Shown here in pieces: positions 39,548 to 51,049 of a stretch of DNA of 64,000 bases (positions are counted from its first letter, which is position 1; every line of letters begins with the position of its first letter). The DNA is taken from the NCBI RefSeq assembly GCF_013167455.1, contig NZ_CP038328.1. One strand, 5' to 3'. The stretch is from Escherichia coli O157:H7 (GTDB taxonomy: Bacteria; Pseudomonadota; Gammaproteobacteria; Enterobacterales; Enterobacteriaceae). The notes beneath the pieces were generated by a model. That model saw only the letters and a list, made by a program, of their open reading frames with translations, did not search any database and was not told the DNA's origin. The position numbers and the translations under genes were made by a program.

Positions 39548-39737
39548 CTGTAGATCTCCCATAAGCATAATTGATAAGAATAGCTAAAGTTTGCTCAGGG
39601 AAATGGCGAAGGGAATGCTAATCATCAGAAATGTTGGCAAGCGTCACAGAATTTTTCTCATCTTAAACTGTCCTGACCAGTGGATTAGCATGTCTTAAGG
39701 TGATTTTGTGAATGATTATCGTGCTAGAGATCATGGG

Positions 39738-40592
39738 TTAGTTCTGCGGATTCAACGCGCTAAGGATAAAGTTCACCATCTGTTCGCGATAAACGTCGCC
39801 GTGACGATCGGAAAAAGCATCAATGTGTTCGCCATCCGGGATTAGGATCAACCGTTTTGGCTCTTTTGCCAGGCTATACAACTTTTCGCTGTGCTGCCAT
39901 GGGATAACGTGATCAGCTTTACCGTGAATGAGTAAAAGCGGGATCGGGCTGACGCTGGCGATATAATTTTCGCCGCTGTAACTCTCATCAAGTAAGTAGC
40001 CACTGCCGGGGATCATCTGGTTGGCGATGGTTGCATAAGAGGCAAATGTGGAGTCGAGGATCACTGCACGTATGCCTTCACGATCACCCTGACCAATAAC
40101 AGCAAGAATATTCGCCCCGCCAATACTCTGCCCGAACAGCACCAGCCGTTGTGGGTTTACATCACTGCGATGGCGCACCACATTGATGGCGCTTTGCGTA
40201 TCGTCCAGCAATCCGGCCTGGGACGGCGTGCCTTTTGATTTACCAAACCCGCGATAATCAAACATAAAAACGTTGAAATTACGCTCGGGTAACCAACTGA
40301 CCAGCGGCCAGTGGGCGGACATATTTCCGGCATTGCCGTGAGCATGAATGATGGTTGCGATGGCGTTGTCAGCAGGGCCCGTCGAAGAAGGAATAAACCA
40401 GCCTTGCAGACGAGTACCGTCCTTAGCCGTAAATTCGACGGATTCCGCCGACCAGGGGTCGGGACCGTAAATTTTATCGTCAGGATAATAGAAGAAGTTG
40501 ATGGCAACGCGCGGCACTAAATAAACGCAGAAGGCAACAACAAAGAGAATAAACAGAATTTTGGGAACGCGTTTGTTCACTGGCAGTGCCAT
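39738..40592 (-). CDS. yfhR: Alpha/beta-hydrolase-fold protein
   Basis: About 284 aa; N-terminal membrane anchor and GQSIGG nucleophile elbow. Confidence 0.85.
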   Translation of the reverse strand: MALPVNKRVPKILFILFVVAFCVYLVPRVAINFFYYPDDKIYGPDPWSAESVEFTAKDGTRLQGWFIPSSTGPADNAIATIIHAHGNAGNMSAHWPLVSWLPERNFNVFMFDYRGFGKSKGTPSQAGLLDDTQSAINVVRHRSDVNPQRLVLFGQSIGGANILAVIGQGDREGIRAVILDSTFASYATIANQMIPGSGYLLDESYSGENYIASVSPIPLLLIHGKADHVIPWQHSEKLYSLAKEPKRLILIPDGEHIDAFSDRHGDVYREQMVNFILSALNPQN

Positions 40593-40736
40593 AACCTTTC
40601 CTTGCGACTTCTTTATCATCCATTAATCGGGGAAAGATGGTGGGAGAGTGACGAAAGAAAGTAAAGCGGTGAGGAAGTATTTCGGAATAGCGCCTGAAAG
40701 GCGAGGGCGGGTGAGTGATATCACCCGCCTGAGTCA

Positions 40737-41540
40737 TTAACGCTTCAGAGCGTCGCTTAACTCGTCACGCATGTTCGCCAGCATGGCTTTAACAACACGC
40801 GGGTTACCAGCAACGATGTTACCGGTCAGCATATAGTTATGACCACCGGTGAAGTCGCTGACGATGCCGCCCGCTTCACGAACAAGCAGCTCGCCTGCAG
40901 CGAAGTCCCACGGGCGCAGACCGATTTCAAAGAAACCGTCAACACGACCCGCAGCGACGTAAGCCAGATCCAGCGCCGCAGAACCGGTACGACGGAAGTC
41001 TGCACATTCGTTGAACAGTTTGCCGACGATGTTGATGTAGGTAGTGGCGTACTGTTTTGCTTTGAACGGGAAGCCGGTCGCCAGAATAGTACCGTCGAGA
41101 TCGCGAGCGGTGCTGCCGCGCAGACGGTAGCCGTTCAGCTGTGCGCCCTGACCGCGAGTGGCGGTGAACAGTTCGTTACGCATAGGATCGTATACCACAG
41201 CAACTTCGGTGCGGCCTTTGATACGAACGGCGATAGATACCGCGAAGTGCGGCAGACGTTTGATAAAGTTGGTAGTGCCATCCAGTGGATCGATAACCCA
41301 TTGAACATCCTGATCAGTACCTTCAAGTTCACCGCTTTCTTCGGTGATGATGGTGTGCTGTGGGTAAGATTTACGAATCGTGTCGATAATCACCGCTTCG
41401 GCAGCTTTATCTACGTTGGTCACGAAGTCGTTACTGCCTTTCTGGCTCGCTTCTACAGCGTCCGGGGTTTCATAGTTTTTGGCAATCAAATTACCCGCCT
41501 TGCGCGCTGCGCGCACGGCGATGTTCAGCATCGGATGCAT
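40737..41540 (-). CDS. suhB: Inositol monophosphatase family protein
   Basis: 267 aa; recognised SuhB sequence with the WVIDPLDGT motif. Confidence 0.95.
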   Translation of the reverse strand: MHPMLNIAVRAARKAGNLIAKNYETPDAVEASQKGSNDFVTNVDKAAEAVIIDTIRKSYPQHTIITEESGELEGTDQDVQWVIDPLDGTTNFIKRLPHFAVSIAVRIKGRTEVAVVYDPMRNELFTATRGQGAQLNGYRLRGSTARDLDGTILATGFPFKAKQYATTYINIVGKLFNECADFRRTGSAALDLAYVAAGRVDGFFEIGLRPWDFAAGELLVREAGGIVSDFTGGHNYMLTGNIVAGNPRVVKAMLANMRDELSDALKR

Positions 41541-41658
41541 CGGTCTCTCTCACTGGATGTTAAAGAACGGGAAAACGGCGCAGAGTATAGCAGCGAGATC
41601 GGCATCTGTCTTCGTTTTATGATAAGATGCGCGAATAATCTTTAGACGAAGAAAGACA

Positions 41659-42396
41659 ATGCTGCAAAATATTCGAATTGTGCTGGTGGAGACGTCACAC
41701 ACCGGCAATATGGGTTCTGTTGCCCGTGCCATGAAAACAATGGGATTAACCAATCTGTGGCTGGTTAATCCACTGGTGAAACCTGACTCCCAGGCGATTG
41801 CCCTGGCGGCGGGGGCCAGCGATGTGATTGGTAATGCTCACATCGTCGATATGCTCGACGAAGCGTTAGCCGGTTGTAGCCTGGTGGTGGGCACCAGCGC
41901 ACGTTCCCGCACGCTGCCGTGGCCGATGCTCGACCCGCGCGAATGCGGTCTGAAAAGCGTTGCTGAAGCGGCAAATACCCCGGTGGCGCTGGTGTTTGGT
42001 CGCGAACGTGTCGGCCTGACCAATGAAGAGTTGCAGAAGTGTCATTATCATGTCGCGATTGCCGCTAACCCTGAATACAGCTCGCTGAACCTGGCGATGG
42101 CGGTTCAGGTTATTGCCTATGAAGTGCGTATGGCCTGGCTGGCAACTCAGGAAAATGGCGAGCAGGTCGAGCATGAAGAGACGCCGTATCCGCTGGTCGA
42201 TGATCTGGAGCGTTTTTATGGTCATCTGGAACAAACGCTGCTGGCAACCGGTTTTATCCGTGAAAACCATCCGGGGCAGGTGATGAATAAATTGCGCCGT
42301 CTGTTTACCCGTGCGCGCCCGGAAAGCCAGGAATTGAATATCCTGCGCGGGATTCTGGCTTCTATAGAGCAGCAGAATAAAGGTAATAAGGCCTGA
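41659..42396 (+). CDS. trmJ: tRNA (cytidine/uridine-2'-O)-methyltransferase
   Basis: 245-aa ORF, SpoU-family methyltransferase. Confidence 0.92.
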   Translation: MLQNIRIVLVETSHTGNMGSVARAMKTMGLTNLWLVNPLVKPDSQAIALAAGASDVIGNAHIVDMLDEALAGCSLVVGTSARSRTLPWPMLDPRECGLKSVAEAANTPVALVFGRERVGLTNEELQKCHYHVAIAANPEYSSLNLAMAVQVIAYEVRMAWLATQENGEQVEHEETPYPLVDDLERFYGHLEQTLLATGFIRENHPGQVMNKLRRLFTRARPESQELNILRGILASIEQQNKGNKA

Positions 42397-42423
42397 GGGC
42401 TAAGCCAGATAAGTGCACGGACG

Positions 42424-42470
42424 GTCCCCTCGCCCCTTCGGGGAGAGGGTTAGGGTGAGGGGAACAGGCC
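42424..42470. repeat. GC-rich palindromic repeat-like element (BoxC/RIP-like)
   Basis: TCCCCTCGCCCCTTCGGGGAGAGGGTTAGGGTGAGGGGAA in the trmJ-iscR spacer. Confidence 0.3.
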
Positions 42471-42586
42471 TGCGCTAATGCGAATAATTGCCCTCAACCC
42501 GCCCATGGTCTGGAAGGATAACAGGTACAAACGCCACGATAAAAAAATGGCACTGAAGGTTAAATACCCGACTAAATCAGTCAAGT

Positions 42587-42645
42587 AAATAGTTGACCAA
42601 TTTACTCGGGAATGTCAGACTTGACCCTGCTATGCAATACCCCCA
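42587..42645 (+). promoter_or_regulatory. iscR promoter region with IscR autoregulatory sites
   Basis: AAATAGTTGACCAATTTACTCGGGAATG resembles the IscR type 1 site; overlaps a TTGACC -35-like element. Confidence 0.5.
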
Positions 42646-42696
42646 CTTTTACAATAAAAAACCCCGGGCAGGGGCGAGTTTGAGGTGAAGTAAGAC

Positions 42697-43185
42697 ATGA
42701 GACTGACATCTAAAGGGCGCTATGCCGTGACCGCAATGCTTGACGTTGCGCTCAACTCTGAAGCGGGCCCGGTACCGTTGGCTGATATTTCCGAACGTCA
42801 GGGAATTTCCCTTTCTTATCTGGAACAACTGTTTTCTCGTCTGCGTAAAAATGGTCTGGTTTCCAGCGTACGTGGACCAGGCGGTGGTTATCTGTTAGGC
42901 AAAGATGCCAGCAGCATCGCCGTTGGCGAAGTGATTAGCGCCGTTGACGAATCTGTAGATGCCACCCGTTGTCAGGGTAAAGGCGGCTGCCAGGGCGGCG
43001 ATAAATGCCTGACCCACGCGCTGTGGCGTGATTTGAGCGACCGTCTTACCGGTTTTCTCAATAACATTACTTTAGGCGAACTGGTTAACAACCAGGAAGT
43101 GCTGGATGTGTCTGGTCGTCAGCATACTCACGACGCGCCACGCACCCGCACACAAGACGCGATCGACGTTAAGTTACGCGCTTAA
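42697..43185 (+). CDS. iscR: Fe-S cluster regulator IscR
   Basis: 162 aa; Rrf2-family HTH and the CxxxxxCxxxxxC cluster ligands. Confidence 0.96.
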
Positions 43186-43296
43186 TAAAAAGTATTCAGA
43201 ATCAGGCCGGGGCGTATCGCGCTCCGTAAACACGGTCGTACATCCAGCCGGTAGCCTGGTTCCTTGCATTGAGTGATGTACGGAGTTTATAGAGCA

Positions 43297-44511
43297 ATGA
43301 AATTACCGATTTATCTCGACTACTCCGCAACCACGCCGGTGGACCCGCGTGTTGCCGAGAAAATGATGCAGTTTATGACGATGGACGGAACCTTTGGTAA
43401 CCCGGCCTCCCGTTCTCACCGTTTCGGCTGGCAGGCTGAAGAAGCGGTAGATATCGCCCGTAATCAGATTGCCGATCTGGTCGGCGCTGATCCGCGTGAA
43501 ATCGTCTTTACCTCTGGTGCAACCGAGTCTGACAACCTGGCGATCAAAGGTGCAGCCAACTTTTATCAGAAAAAAGGCAAGCACATAATCACCAGCAAAA
43601 CCGAACACAAAGCGGTATTGGATACCTGCCGTCAGCTGGAGCGCGAAGGTTTCGAAGTCACCTACCTCGCACCGCAGCGTAACGGTATTATCGACCTGAA
43701 AGAACTCGAAGCAGCGATGCGTGACGACACCATCCTTGTTTCTATCATGCACGTAAATAACGAAATCGGCGTGGTGCAGGATATCGCGGCTATCGGCGAA
43801 ATGTGCCGTGCTCGTGGCATTATCTATCACGTTGATGCAACCCAGAGCGTGGGCAAACTGCCTATCGACCTGAGCCAGTTGAAAGTTGACCTGATGTCTT
43901 TCTCCGGTCACAAAATCTATGGCCCGAAAGGTATCGGTGCGCTGTATGTGCGTCGTAAACCGCGCGTACGCATCGAAGCGCAAATGCACGGCGGCGGTCA
44001 CGAGCGCGGTATGCGTTCCGGCACTCTGCCTGTTCACCAGATCGTCGGAATGGGCGAAGCCTATCGCATCGCAAAAGAAGAGATGGCGACCGAGATGGAA
44101 CGTCTGCGCGGCCTGCGTAACCGTCTGTGGAACGGCATCAAAGATATCGAAGAAGTTTACCTGAACGGTGACCTGGAACACGGTGCGCCGAACATTCTCA
44201 ACGTCAGCTTCAACTACGTTGAAGGTGAGTCGCTGATTATGGCGCTGAAAGATCTCGCGGTTTCTTCCGGTTCCGCCTGTACGTCAGCAAGCCTCGAACC
44301 GTCCTACGTGCTGCGCGCGCTGGGGCTGAACGACGAGCTGGCACATAGCTCTATCCGTTTCTCTTTAGGTCGTTTTACTACTGAAGAAGAGATCGACTAC
44401 ACCATCGAGTTAGTTCGTAAATCCATCGGTCGTCTGCGTGACCTTTCTCCGCTGTGGGAAATGTACAAGCAGGGCGTGGATCTGAACAGCATCGAATGGG
44501 CTCATCATTAA
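43297..44511 (+). CDS. iscS: Cysteine desulfurase
   Basis: 404-aa product from the internal ATG ([14 protein letters not shown]); PLP lysine [12 protein letters not shown] and SSGSACTS active site. Confidence 0.96.
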
Positions 44512-44538
44512 TCGGTATCGGAATCAGGAGAATTTATA

Positions 44539-44925
44539 ATGGCTTACAGCGAAAAAGTTATCGACCATTACGAGAATCCGCGTAACGTGGGTTCCTTTGA
44601 CAACAACGACGAGAACGTCGGCAGCGGCATGGTGGGTGCACCGGCCTGTGGCGACGTAATGAAGTTGCAGATTAAAGTCAACGATGAAGGTATCATTGAA
44701 GACGCGCGTTTTAAAACTTACGGCTGCGGTTCTGCTATCGCTTCCAGCTCCCTGGTCACCGAATGGGTGAAAGGGAAGTCTCTCGACGAAGCGCAGGCTA
44801 TCAAAAACACCGATATTGCTGAAGAACTTGAACTGCCGCCGGTGAAAATTCACTGTTCTATTCTGGCAGAAGACGCGATCAAAGCCGCCATTGCGGACTA
44901 TAAAAGCAAACGTGAAGCAAAATAA
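44539..44925 (+). CDS. iscU: Fe-S cluster scaffold protein
   Basis: 128 aa; conserved cysteines and the LPPVK motif. Confidence 0.96.
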   Translation: MAYSEKVIDHYENPRNVGSFDNNDENVGSGMVGAPACGDVMKLQIKVNDEGIIEDARFKTYGCGSAIASSSLVTEWVKGKSLDEAQAIKNTDIAEELELPPVKIHCSILAEDAIKAAIADYKSKREAK

Positions 44926-44941
44926 GAGTTGAGGTTTGGTT

Positions 44942-45265
44942 ATGTCGATTACACTTAGCGACAGTGCAGCAGCGCGAGTAAATACCTTTCTGGCTAACCG
45001 TGGCAAAGGGTTTGGCCTACGTCTGGGCGTGAGAACCTCCGGATGTTCAGGTATGGCTTATGTACTGGAATTTGTTGACGAACCGACGCCGGAAGACATC
45101 GTGTTTGAAGACAAAGGCGTGAAAGTCGTGGTCGATGGCAAAAGCCTGCAATTTCTGGACGGTACGCAGCTGGACTTCGTAAAAGAAGGCCTGAACGAAG
45201 GGTTTAAATTCACCAACCCGAACGTTAAAGATGAGTGTGGTTGCGGCGAAAGCTTCCACGTTTGA
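44942..45265 (+). CDS. iscA: Fe-S cluster insertion protein (A-type carrier)
   Basis: 107-aa product ([13 protein letters not shown]) with the C-terminal CGCGESF motif. Confidence 0.95.
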   Translation: MSITLSDSAAARVNTFLANRGKGFGLRLGVRTSGCSGMAYVLEFVDEPTPEDIVFEDKGVKVVVDGKSLQFLDGTQLDFVKEGLNEGFKFTNPNVKDECGCGESFHV

Positions 45266-45360
45266 TGCGCATACCGATAACCCCACCGTGGTCGCCTGCG
45301 CGTGGGGGTTGTTTTACCTGATTCGCCGTTATCGCGGCGGATCGCAGCCCTGAGAATGTT

Positions 45361-45876
45361 ATGGATTACTTCACCCTCTTTGGCTTGCCTGCCCGTTATC
45401 AACTCGATACCCAGGCGCTGAGCCTGCGTTTTCAGGATCTACAACGTCAGTATCATCCTGATAAATTCGCCAGCGGAAGCCAGGCGGAACAACTCGCCGC
45501 CGTACAGCAATCTGCAACCATTAATCAGGCCTGGCAAACGCTGCGTCATCCGTTAATGCGCGCGGAATATTTGCTTTCTTTGCACGGCTTTGATCTCGCC
45601 AGCGAGCAGCATACTGTGCGCGACACCGCGTTCCTGATGGAACAGTTGGAGCTGCGCGAAGAGCTGGACGAGATCGAACAGGCGAAAGATGAAGCGCGGC
45701 TGGAAAGCTTTATCAAACGTGTGAAAAAGATGTTTGATACCCGCCATCAGTTGATGGTTGAACAGTTAGACAACGAGACCTGGGACGCGGCGGCGGATAC
45801 CGTGCGTAAGCTGCGTTTTCTCGATAAACTGCGAAGCAGTGCCGAACAACTCGAAGAAAAACTGCTCGATTTTTAA
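45361..45876 (+). CDS. hscB: Co-chaperone HscB
   Basis: 171 aa; J-domain HPD motif. Confidence 0.95.
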
Positions 45877-45892
45877 TTTCTGGAAGCTAAAC

Positions 45893-47743
45893 ATGGCCTT
45901 ATTACAAATTAGTGAACCTGGTTTGAGTGCTGCGCCGCATCAGCGTCGTCTGGCGGCCGGTATTGACCTGGGCACAACCAACTCGCTGGTGGCGACAGTG
46001 CGCAGCGGTCAGGCCGAAACGTTAGCCGACCATGAAGGCCGTCACCTGCTGCCATCTGTTGTTCACTATCAACAGCAAGGGCATTCGGTGGGTTATGACG
46101 CGCGTACTAATGCAGCGCTCGATACCGCCAACACAATTAGTTCTGTTAAACGCCTGATGGGACGCTCGCTGGCTGATATCCAGCAACGCTATCCGCATCT
46201 GCCTTATCAATTCCAGGCCAGCGAAAACGGCCTGCCGATGATTGAAACGGCGGCGGGGCTGCTGAACCCGGTGCGCGTTTCTGCGGACATCCTCAAAGCA
46301 CTGGCGGCGCGGGCAACTGAAGCCCTGGCAGGCGAGCTGGATGGTGTAGTTATCACCGTTCCGGCGTACTTTGACGATGCCCAGCGTCAGGGCACCAAAG
46401 ACGCGGCGCGTCTGGCGGGCCTTCACGTCCTGCGCTTACTTAACGAACCGACCGCTGCGGCTATCGCCTACGGGCTGGATTCCGGTCAGGAAGGCGTGAT
46501 CGCCGTTTATGACCTCGGTGGCGGGACGTTTGATATTTCCATTCTGCGCTTAAGTCGCGGCGTGTTTGAAGTGCTGGCAACCGGCGGTGATTCCGCGCTC
46601 GGCGGCGATGATTTCGACCATCTGCTGGCGGATTACATTCGCGAGCAGGCGGGCATTCCTGATCGTAGCGATAACCGCGTTCAGCGTGAACTGCTGGATG
46701 CCGCCATTGCAGCCAAAATCGCGCTGAGCGATGCGGACTCCGTGACCGTTAACGTTGCGGGCTGGCAGGGCGAAATCAGCCGTGAACAATTCAATGAACT
46801 GATCGCGCCACTGGTAAAACGAACCTTATTGGCTTGTCGTCGCGCGCTGAAAGACGCGGGTGTAGAAGCTGATGAAGTGCTGGAAGTGGTGATGGTGGGC
46901 GGTTCTACTCGCGTGCCGCTGGTGCGTGAACGGGTAGGCGAATTTTTCGGTCGTCCACCGCTGACTTCCATCGACCCGGATAAAGTCGTCGCTATTGGCG
47001 CGGCGATTCAGGCGGATATTCTGGTGGGTAACAAGCCAGACAGCGAAATGCTGTTGCTTGATGTGATCCCACTGTCGCTGGGCCTCGAAACGATGGGCGG
47101 CCTGGTGGAGAAAGTGATTCCGCGTAATACCACTATTCCAGTGGCCCGCGCTCAGGATTTCACCACCTTTAAAGATGGTCAGACGGCGATGTCTATCCAT
47201 GTAATGCAGGGTGAGCGCGAACTGGTGCAGGACTGCCGCTCACTGGCGCGTTTTGCGCTGCGTGGTATTCCGGCGCTACCGGCTGGCGGTGCGCATATTC
47301 GCGTGACGTTCCAGGTCGATGCCGACGGTCTTTTGAGCGTGACGGCGATGGAGAAATCCACCGGCGTTGAGGCGTCTATTCAGGTCAAACCGTCTTACGG
47401 TCTGACCGATAGCGAAATCGCTTCGATGATCAAAGACTCAATGAGCTATGCCGAGCAGGACGTAAAAGCCCGAATGCTGGCAGAACAAAAAGTAGAAGCG
47501 GCGCGTGTGCTGGAAAGTCTGCACGGCGCGCTGGCTGCTGATGCCGCGCTGTTAAGCGCCGCAGAACGTCAGGTCATTGACGATGCTGCCGCTCACCTGA
47601 GTGAAGTGGCGCAGGGCGATGACGTTGACGCCATCGAACAAGCGATTAAAAACGTAGACAAACAAACCCAGGATTTCGCCGCTCGCCGCATGGACCAGTC
47701 GGTTCGTCGTGCGCTGAAAGGCCATTCCGTGGACGAGGTTTAA
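45893..47743 (+). CDS. hscA: Chaperone HscA (Hsp70 family)
   Basis: 616-aa product from the internal ATG ([10 protein letters not shown]); Hsp70 motifs. Confidence 0.96.
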
Positions 47744-47744
47744 T

Positions 47745-48080
47745 ATGCCAAAGATTGTTATTTTGCCTCATCAGGATCTCTGCCCTGATGGCGCTGTTCT
47801 GGAAGCTAATAGCGGTGAAACCATTCTCGACGCAGCTCTGCGTAACGGTATCGAGATTGAACACGCCTGTGAAAAATCCTGTGCTTGCACCACCTGCCAC
47901 TGCATCGTTCGTGAAGGTTTTGACTCGCTTCCAGAAAGCTCAGAGCAGGAAGACGACATGCTGGACAAAGCCTGGGGACTGGAGCCGGAAAGCCGTTTAA
48001 GCTGCCAGGCGCGCGTCACCGACGAAGATTTAGTGGTCGAAATCCCGCGTTACACGATCAACCATGCGCGTGAGCATTAA
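47745..48080 (+). CDS. fdx: [2Fe-2S] ferredoxin
   Basis: 111 aa; adrenodoxin-type Cys motif. Confidence 0.95.
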
Positions 48081-48091
48081 CAGAGGTTAGT

Positions 48092-48292
48092 ATGGGACTT
48101 AAGTGGACCGATAGCCGCGAAATTGGCGAAGCACTGTACGATGCGTATCCCGATCTTGATCCGAAAACGGTTCGATTCACCGATATGCATCAGTGGATTT
48201 GCGATCTGGAAGATTTCGACGACGACCCGCAGGCATCCAACGAGAAAATCCTCGAAGCGATTTTGTTAGTCTGGCTGGACGAGGCCGAATAA
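48092..48292 (+). CDS. iscX: Fe-S assembly protein IscX
   Basis: 66-aa acidic protein downstream of fdx. Confidence 0.93.
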
Positions 48293-48469
48293 TTTCCGCG
48301 TCATGCTTCACGCCGCAGATGCGTTGGCTGCGCTCGTTCACCCCAGTCACATAGTTATCTATGCTCCTGGGGCTTCACTCACTTGCCGCCTTCCTGCAAC
48401 GCGAATCATTTAGCGGAAAAATCCTGGGGCTGCCAACTGGCGGCCCTTTTACAAAGAAGGATAACTAAA

Positions 48470-49753
48470 ATGACAGAAGCGATGAAGATTACCCTCTCTA
48501 CCCAACCTGCCGACGCGCGCTGGGGAGAAAAAGCAACTTACAGCATTAATAATGACGGCATTACCCTGCATTTGAACGGGGCAGACGATCTGGGGCTGAT
48601 CCAGCGTGCGGCGCGCAAGATTGACGGTCTGGGCATCAAGCATGTTCAGTTAAGCGGTGAAGGCTGGGATGCGGATCGATGCTGGGCATTCTGGCAAGGT
48701 TACAAAGCCCCGAAAGGCACGCGTAAAGTGGAGTGGCCGGATCTGGACGATGCCCAGCGCCAGGAACTGGATAACCGCCTGATGATCATCGACTGGGTGC
48801 GTGACACCATCAACGCACCGGCAGAAGAATTGGGACCATCGCAACTGGCACAGCGTGCTGTTGATCTGATCAGCAACGTCGCGAGCGATCGTGTGACTTA
48901 TCGGATCACCAAAGGCGAAGATCTGCGTGAGCAAGGTTATATGGGGCTGCACACCGTCGGACGCGGTTCAGAACGTTCTCCGGTATTGCTGGCGCTGGAT
49001 TACAACCCAACTGGCGATAAAGAAGCGCCAGTGTACGCGTGCCTGGTAGGTAAAGGTATCACTTTTGACTCCGGCGGCTACAGCATCAAACAGACTGCGT
49101 TTATGGACTCGATGAAGTCGGACATGGGCGGCGCGGCAACGGTTACCGGGGCGCTGGCATTTGCCATTACGCGCGGACTGAACAAGCGCGTGAAGCTGTT
49201 CCTCTGCTGTGCGGATAACCTGATTAGCGGCAATGCGTTCAAGCTGGGCGATATCATCACTTATCGCAACGGTAAAAAAGTTGAAGTGATGAACACTGAT
49301 GCCGAAGGGCGCCTGGTGCTTGCCGATGGTCTGATTGATGCCAGTGCGCAGAAACCGGAAATGATCATTGATGCGGCGACCCTCACCGGGGCGGCGAAAA
49401 CTGCGCTGGGTAATGATTATCACGCGCTGTTCAGTTTTGACGATGCGCTTGCCGGTCGTTTGCTGGCGAGTGCCTCACAAGAGAACGAACCATTCTGGCG
49501 TCTGCCGCTGGCGGAATTCCACCGCAGCCAGCTGCCGTCTAACTTTGCCGAACTGAACAATACCGGAAGCGCGGCGTATCCGGCAGGCGCGAGCACGGCA
49601 GCGGGCTTCCTGTCGCACTTTGTTGAGAACTATCAGCAAGGCTGGCTGCATATCGACTGCTCGGCGACTTACCGTAAAGCGCCGGTTGAACAGTGGTCTG
49701 CGGGTGCTACGGGACTTGGTGTGCGCACGATTGCTAATCTGTTAACGGCGTAA
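48470..49753 (+). CDS. pepB: Peptidase B (M17 aminopeptidase)
   Basis: 427-aa product from the internal ATG ([11 protein letters not shown]) with an AAGGA Shine-Dalgarno; NTDAEGRL motif. Confidence 0.9.
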   Translation: MTEAMKITLSTQPADARWGEKATYSINNDGITLHLNGADDLGLIQRAARKIDGLGIKHVQLSGEGWDADRCWAFWQGYKAPKGTRKVEWPDLDDAQRQELDNRLMIIDWVRDTINAPAEELGPSQLAQRAVDLISNVASDRVTYRITKGEDLREQGYMGLHTVGRGSERSPVLLALDYNPTGDKEAPVYACLVGKGITFDSGGYSIKQTAFMDSMKSDMGGAATVTGALAFAITRGLNKRVKLFLCCADNLISGNAFKLGDIITYRNGKKVEVMNTDAEGRLVLADGLIDASAQKPEMIIDAATLTGAAKTALGNDYHALFSFDDALAGRLLASASQENEPFWRLPLAEFHRSQLPSNFAELNNTGSAAYPAGASTAAGFLSHFVENYQQGWLHIDCSATYRKAPVEQWSAGATGLGVRTIANLLTA

Positions 49754-49761
49754 ACTAATAT

Positions 49762-49860
<99 letters not shown>

Positions 49861-49895
49861 CTTGTGCCCCGAACGTTGAATGAATTGTGGTTCTT

Positions 49896-50672
49896 ATGTC
49901 CGAAACAAAAAATGAACTTGAAGACCTGCTGGAAAAAGCAGCAACCGAACCGGCGCACCGCCCGGCCTTTTTCCGTACTCTACTGGAATCCACCGTCTGG
50001 GTGCCTGGTACGGCGGCGCAGGGCGAGGCTGTGGTTGAAGATAGCGCGCTTGATTTACAGCACTGGGAAAAAGAAGACGGCACCAGCGTCATTCCTTTTT
50101 TTACCTCGTTAGAAGCACTTCAACAGGCGGTTGAAGACGAACAGGCATTTGTCGTAATGCCCGTTCGCACATTGTTTGAGATGACCCTTGGCGAAACGCT
50201 CTTCCTTAATGCCAAACTGCCGACCGGTAAAGAATTTATGCCGCGTGAAATCAGTTTGTTGATTGGTGAAGAGGGAAATCCGCTGAGCAGCCAGGAAATC
50301 CTGGAAGGCGGTGAATCGCTGATATTATCGGAAGTCGCAGAGCCGCCAGCACAAATGATTGATTCACTCACCACCTTATTTAAAACCATTAAGCCTGTGA
50401 AGCGTGCTTTTATTTGTTCAATTAAAGAGAACGAAGAGGCACAGCCTAATTTACTTATTGGCATTGAAGCCGATGGTGATATCGAAGAAATTATTCAGGT
50501 GGCGGGAAGTGTAGCGACCGATACATTACCTGGCGATGAACCAATCGATATTTGTCAGGTGAAAAAAGGGGAAAAAGGAATTAGCCACTTTATTACCGAA
50601 CATATTGCGCCATTCTATGAACGTCGCTGGGGTGGTTTTTTGCGTGACTTTAAACAGAATCGGATAATCTAA
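49896..50672 (+). CDS. sseB: SseB family protein
   Basis: 258-aa product from the internal ATG (MSETKNELEDLLEKA). Confidence 0.88.
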   Translation: MSETKNELEDLLEKAATEPAHRPAFFRTLLESTVWVPGTAAQGEAVVEDSALDLQHWEKEDGTSVIPFFTSLEALQQAVEDEQAFVVMPVRTLFEMTLGETLFLNAKLPTGKEFMPREISLLIGEEGNPLSSQEILEGGESLILSEVAEPPAQMIDSLTTLFKTIKPVKRAFICSIKENEEAQPNLLIGIEADGDIEEIIQVAGSVATDTLPGDEPIDICQVKKGEKGISHFITEHIAPFYERRWGGFLRDFKQNRII

Positions 50673-50675
50673 AAT

Positions 50676-50990
50676 ATGCCGCCCCAAAGGGCGGCATTCG
50701 GGCTTACCTGCTGCTCTGAAGGTTGTTAATCACCAGTAAATTGTCGCCGGAGAGACTCCGGTTATTATTTACCTCGGTTAACAGCGCACCAGAAACAATA
50801 AGTACGATACAGAAGCACCGTATCTTCATTGTGCGGTCCATGCGAAGACCGCATCACGACAGCACCACTGGCGATATTGCCGCGATAGCAAGCACTGTGG
50901 GGTGCCTGTATTTACGGTCATGGAACATTCTTTCCTAAAGCCAGCGCCCGTTTGCGAGACGGCGAAAAGGGCCATTAAGAATAATACTCT
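50676..50990 (-). ncRNA. ryfA: ryfA-like transcript (a short mRNA annotated as an sRNA); 5' end uncertain
   Basis: Minus-strand rho-independent terminator at 50676-50697 (ATGCCGCCC/GGGCGGCAT then a U-rich tail); position between sseB and sseA matches ryfA. Confidence 0.45.
50704..50829 (-). CDS. Candidate small hydrophobic protein inside the ryfA transcript (41 aa, MKIRCFCIVLIVSGALLTEVNNNRSLSGDNLLVINNLQSSR; TimP-like toxin candidate)
   Basis: ORF below the track cutoff, read by hand on the minus strand; stop lies 7 nt before the terminator hairpin; alternative in-frame start at 50841; no strong Shine-Dalgarno. Confidence 0.3.
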   Translation of the reverse strand: MKIRCFCIVLIVSGALLTEVNNNRSLSGDNLLVINNLQSSR

Positions 50991-51049
50991 CATGTTTGAA
51001 TAATTACTCTGTTTATTATCTTGGCACAGCCAGGCATAAAAGAGAGTAT

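Noticed and set aside
39548-39737. CRP site in the csiE promoter region
   Set aside because: Only a single TGTGA half-site with a poor partner was found by eye; not reported as a feature without position weight matrix scoring.
43303-44181. 292-aa minus-strand ORF inside iscS; similar antisense ORFs inside glyA (19613..20560), yphD (28264..29094) and yfhM (54285..55376, 56125..56715)
   Set aside because: Antisense to well-supported genes with low-complexity composition and no independent signals.
50826-50993. 55-aa minus-strand ORF in the ryfA region (MRVLFLMALFAVSQTGAGFRKECSM...)
   Set aside because: It is in a different frame from the hydrophobic ORF, has no Shine-Dalgarno, and its Cys/Arg/Trp-rich C-terminus is not protein-like; kept only as an alternative to the 41-aa and 24-aa candidates.
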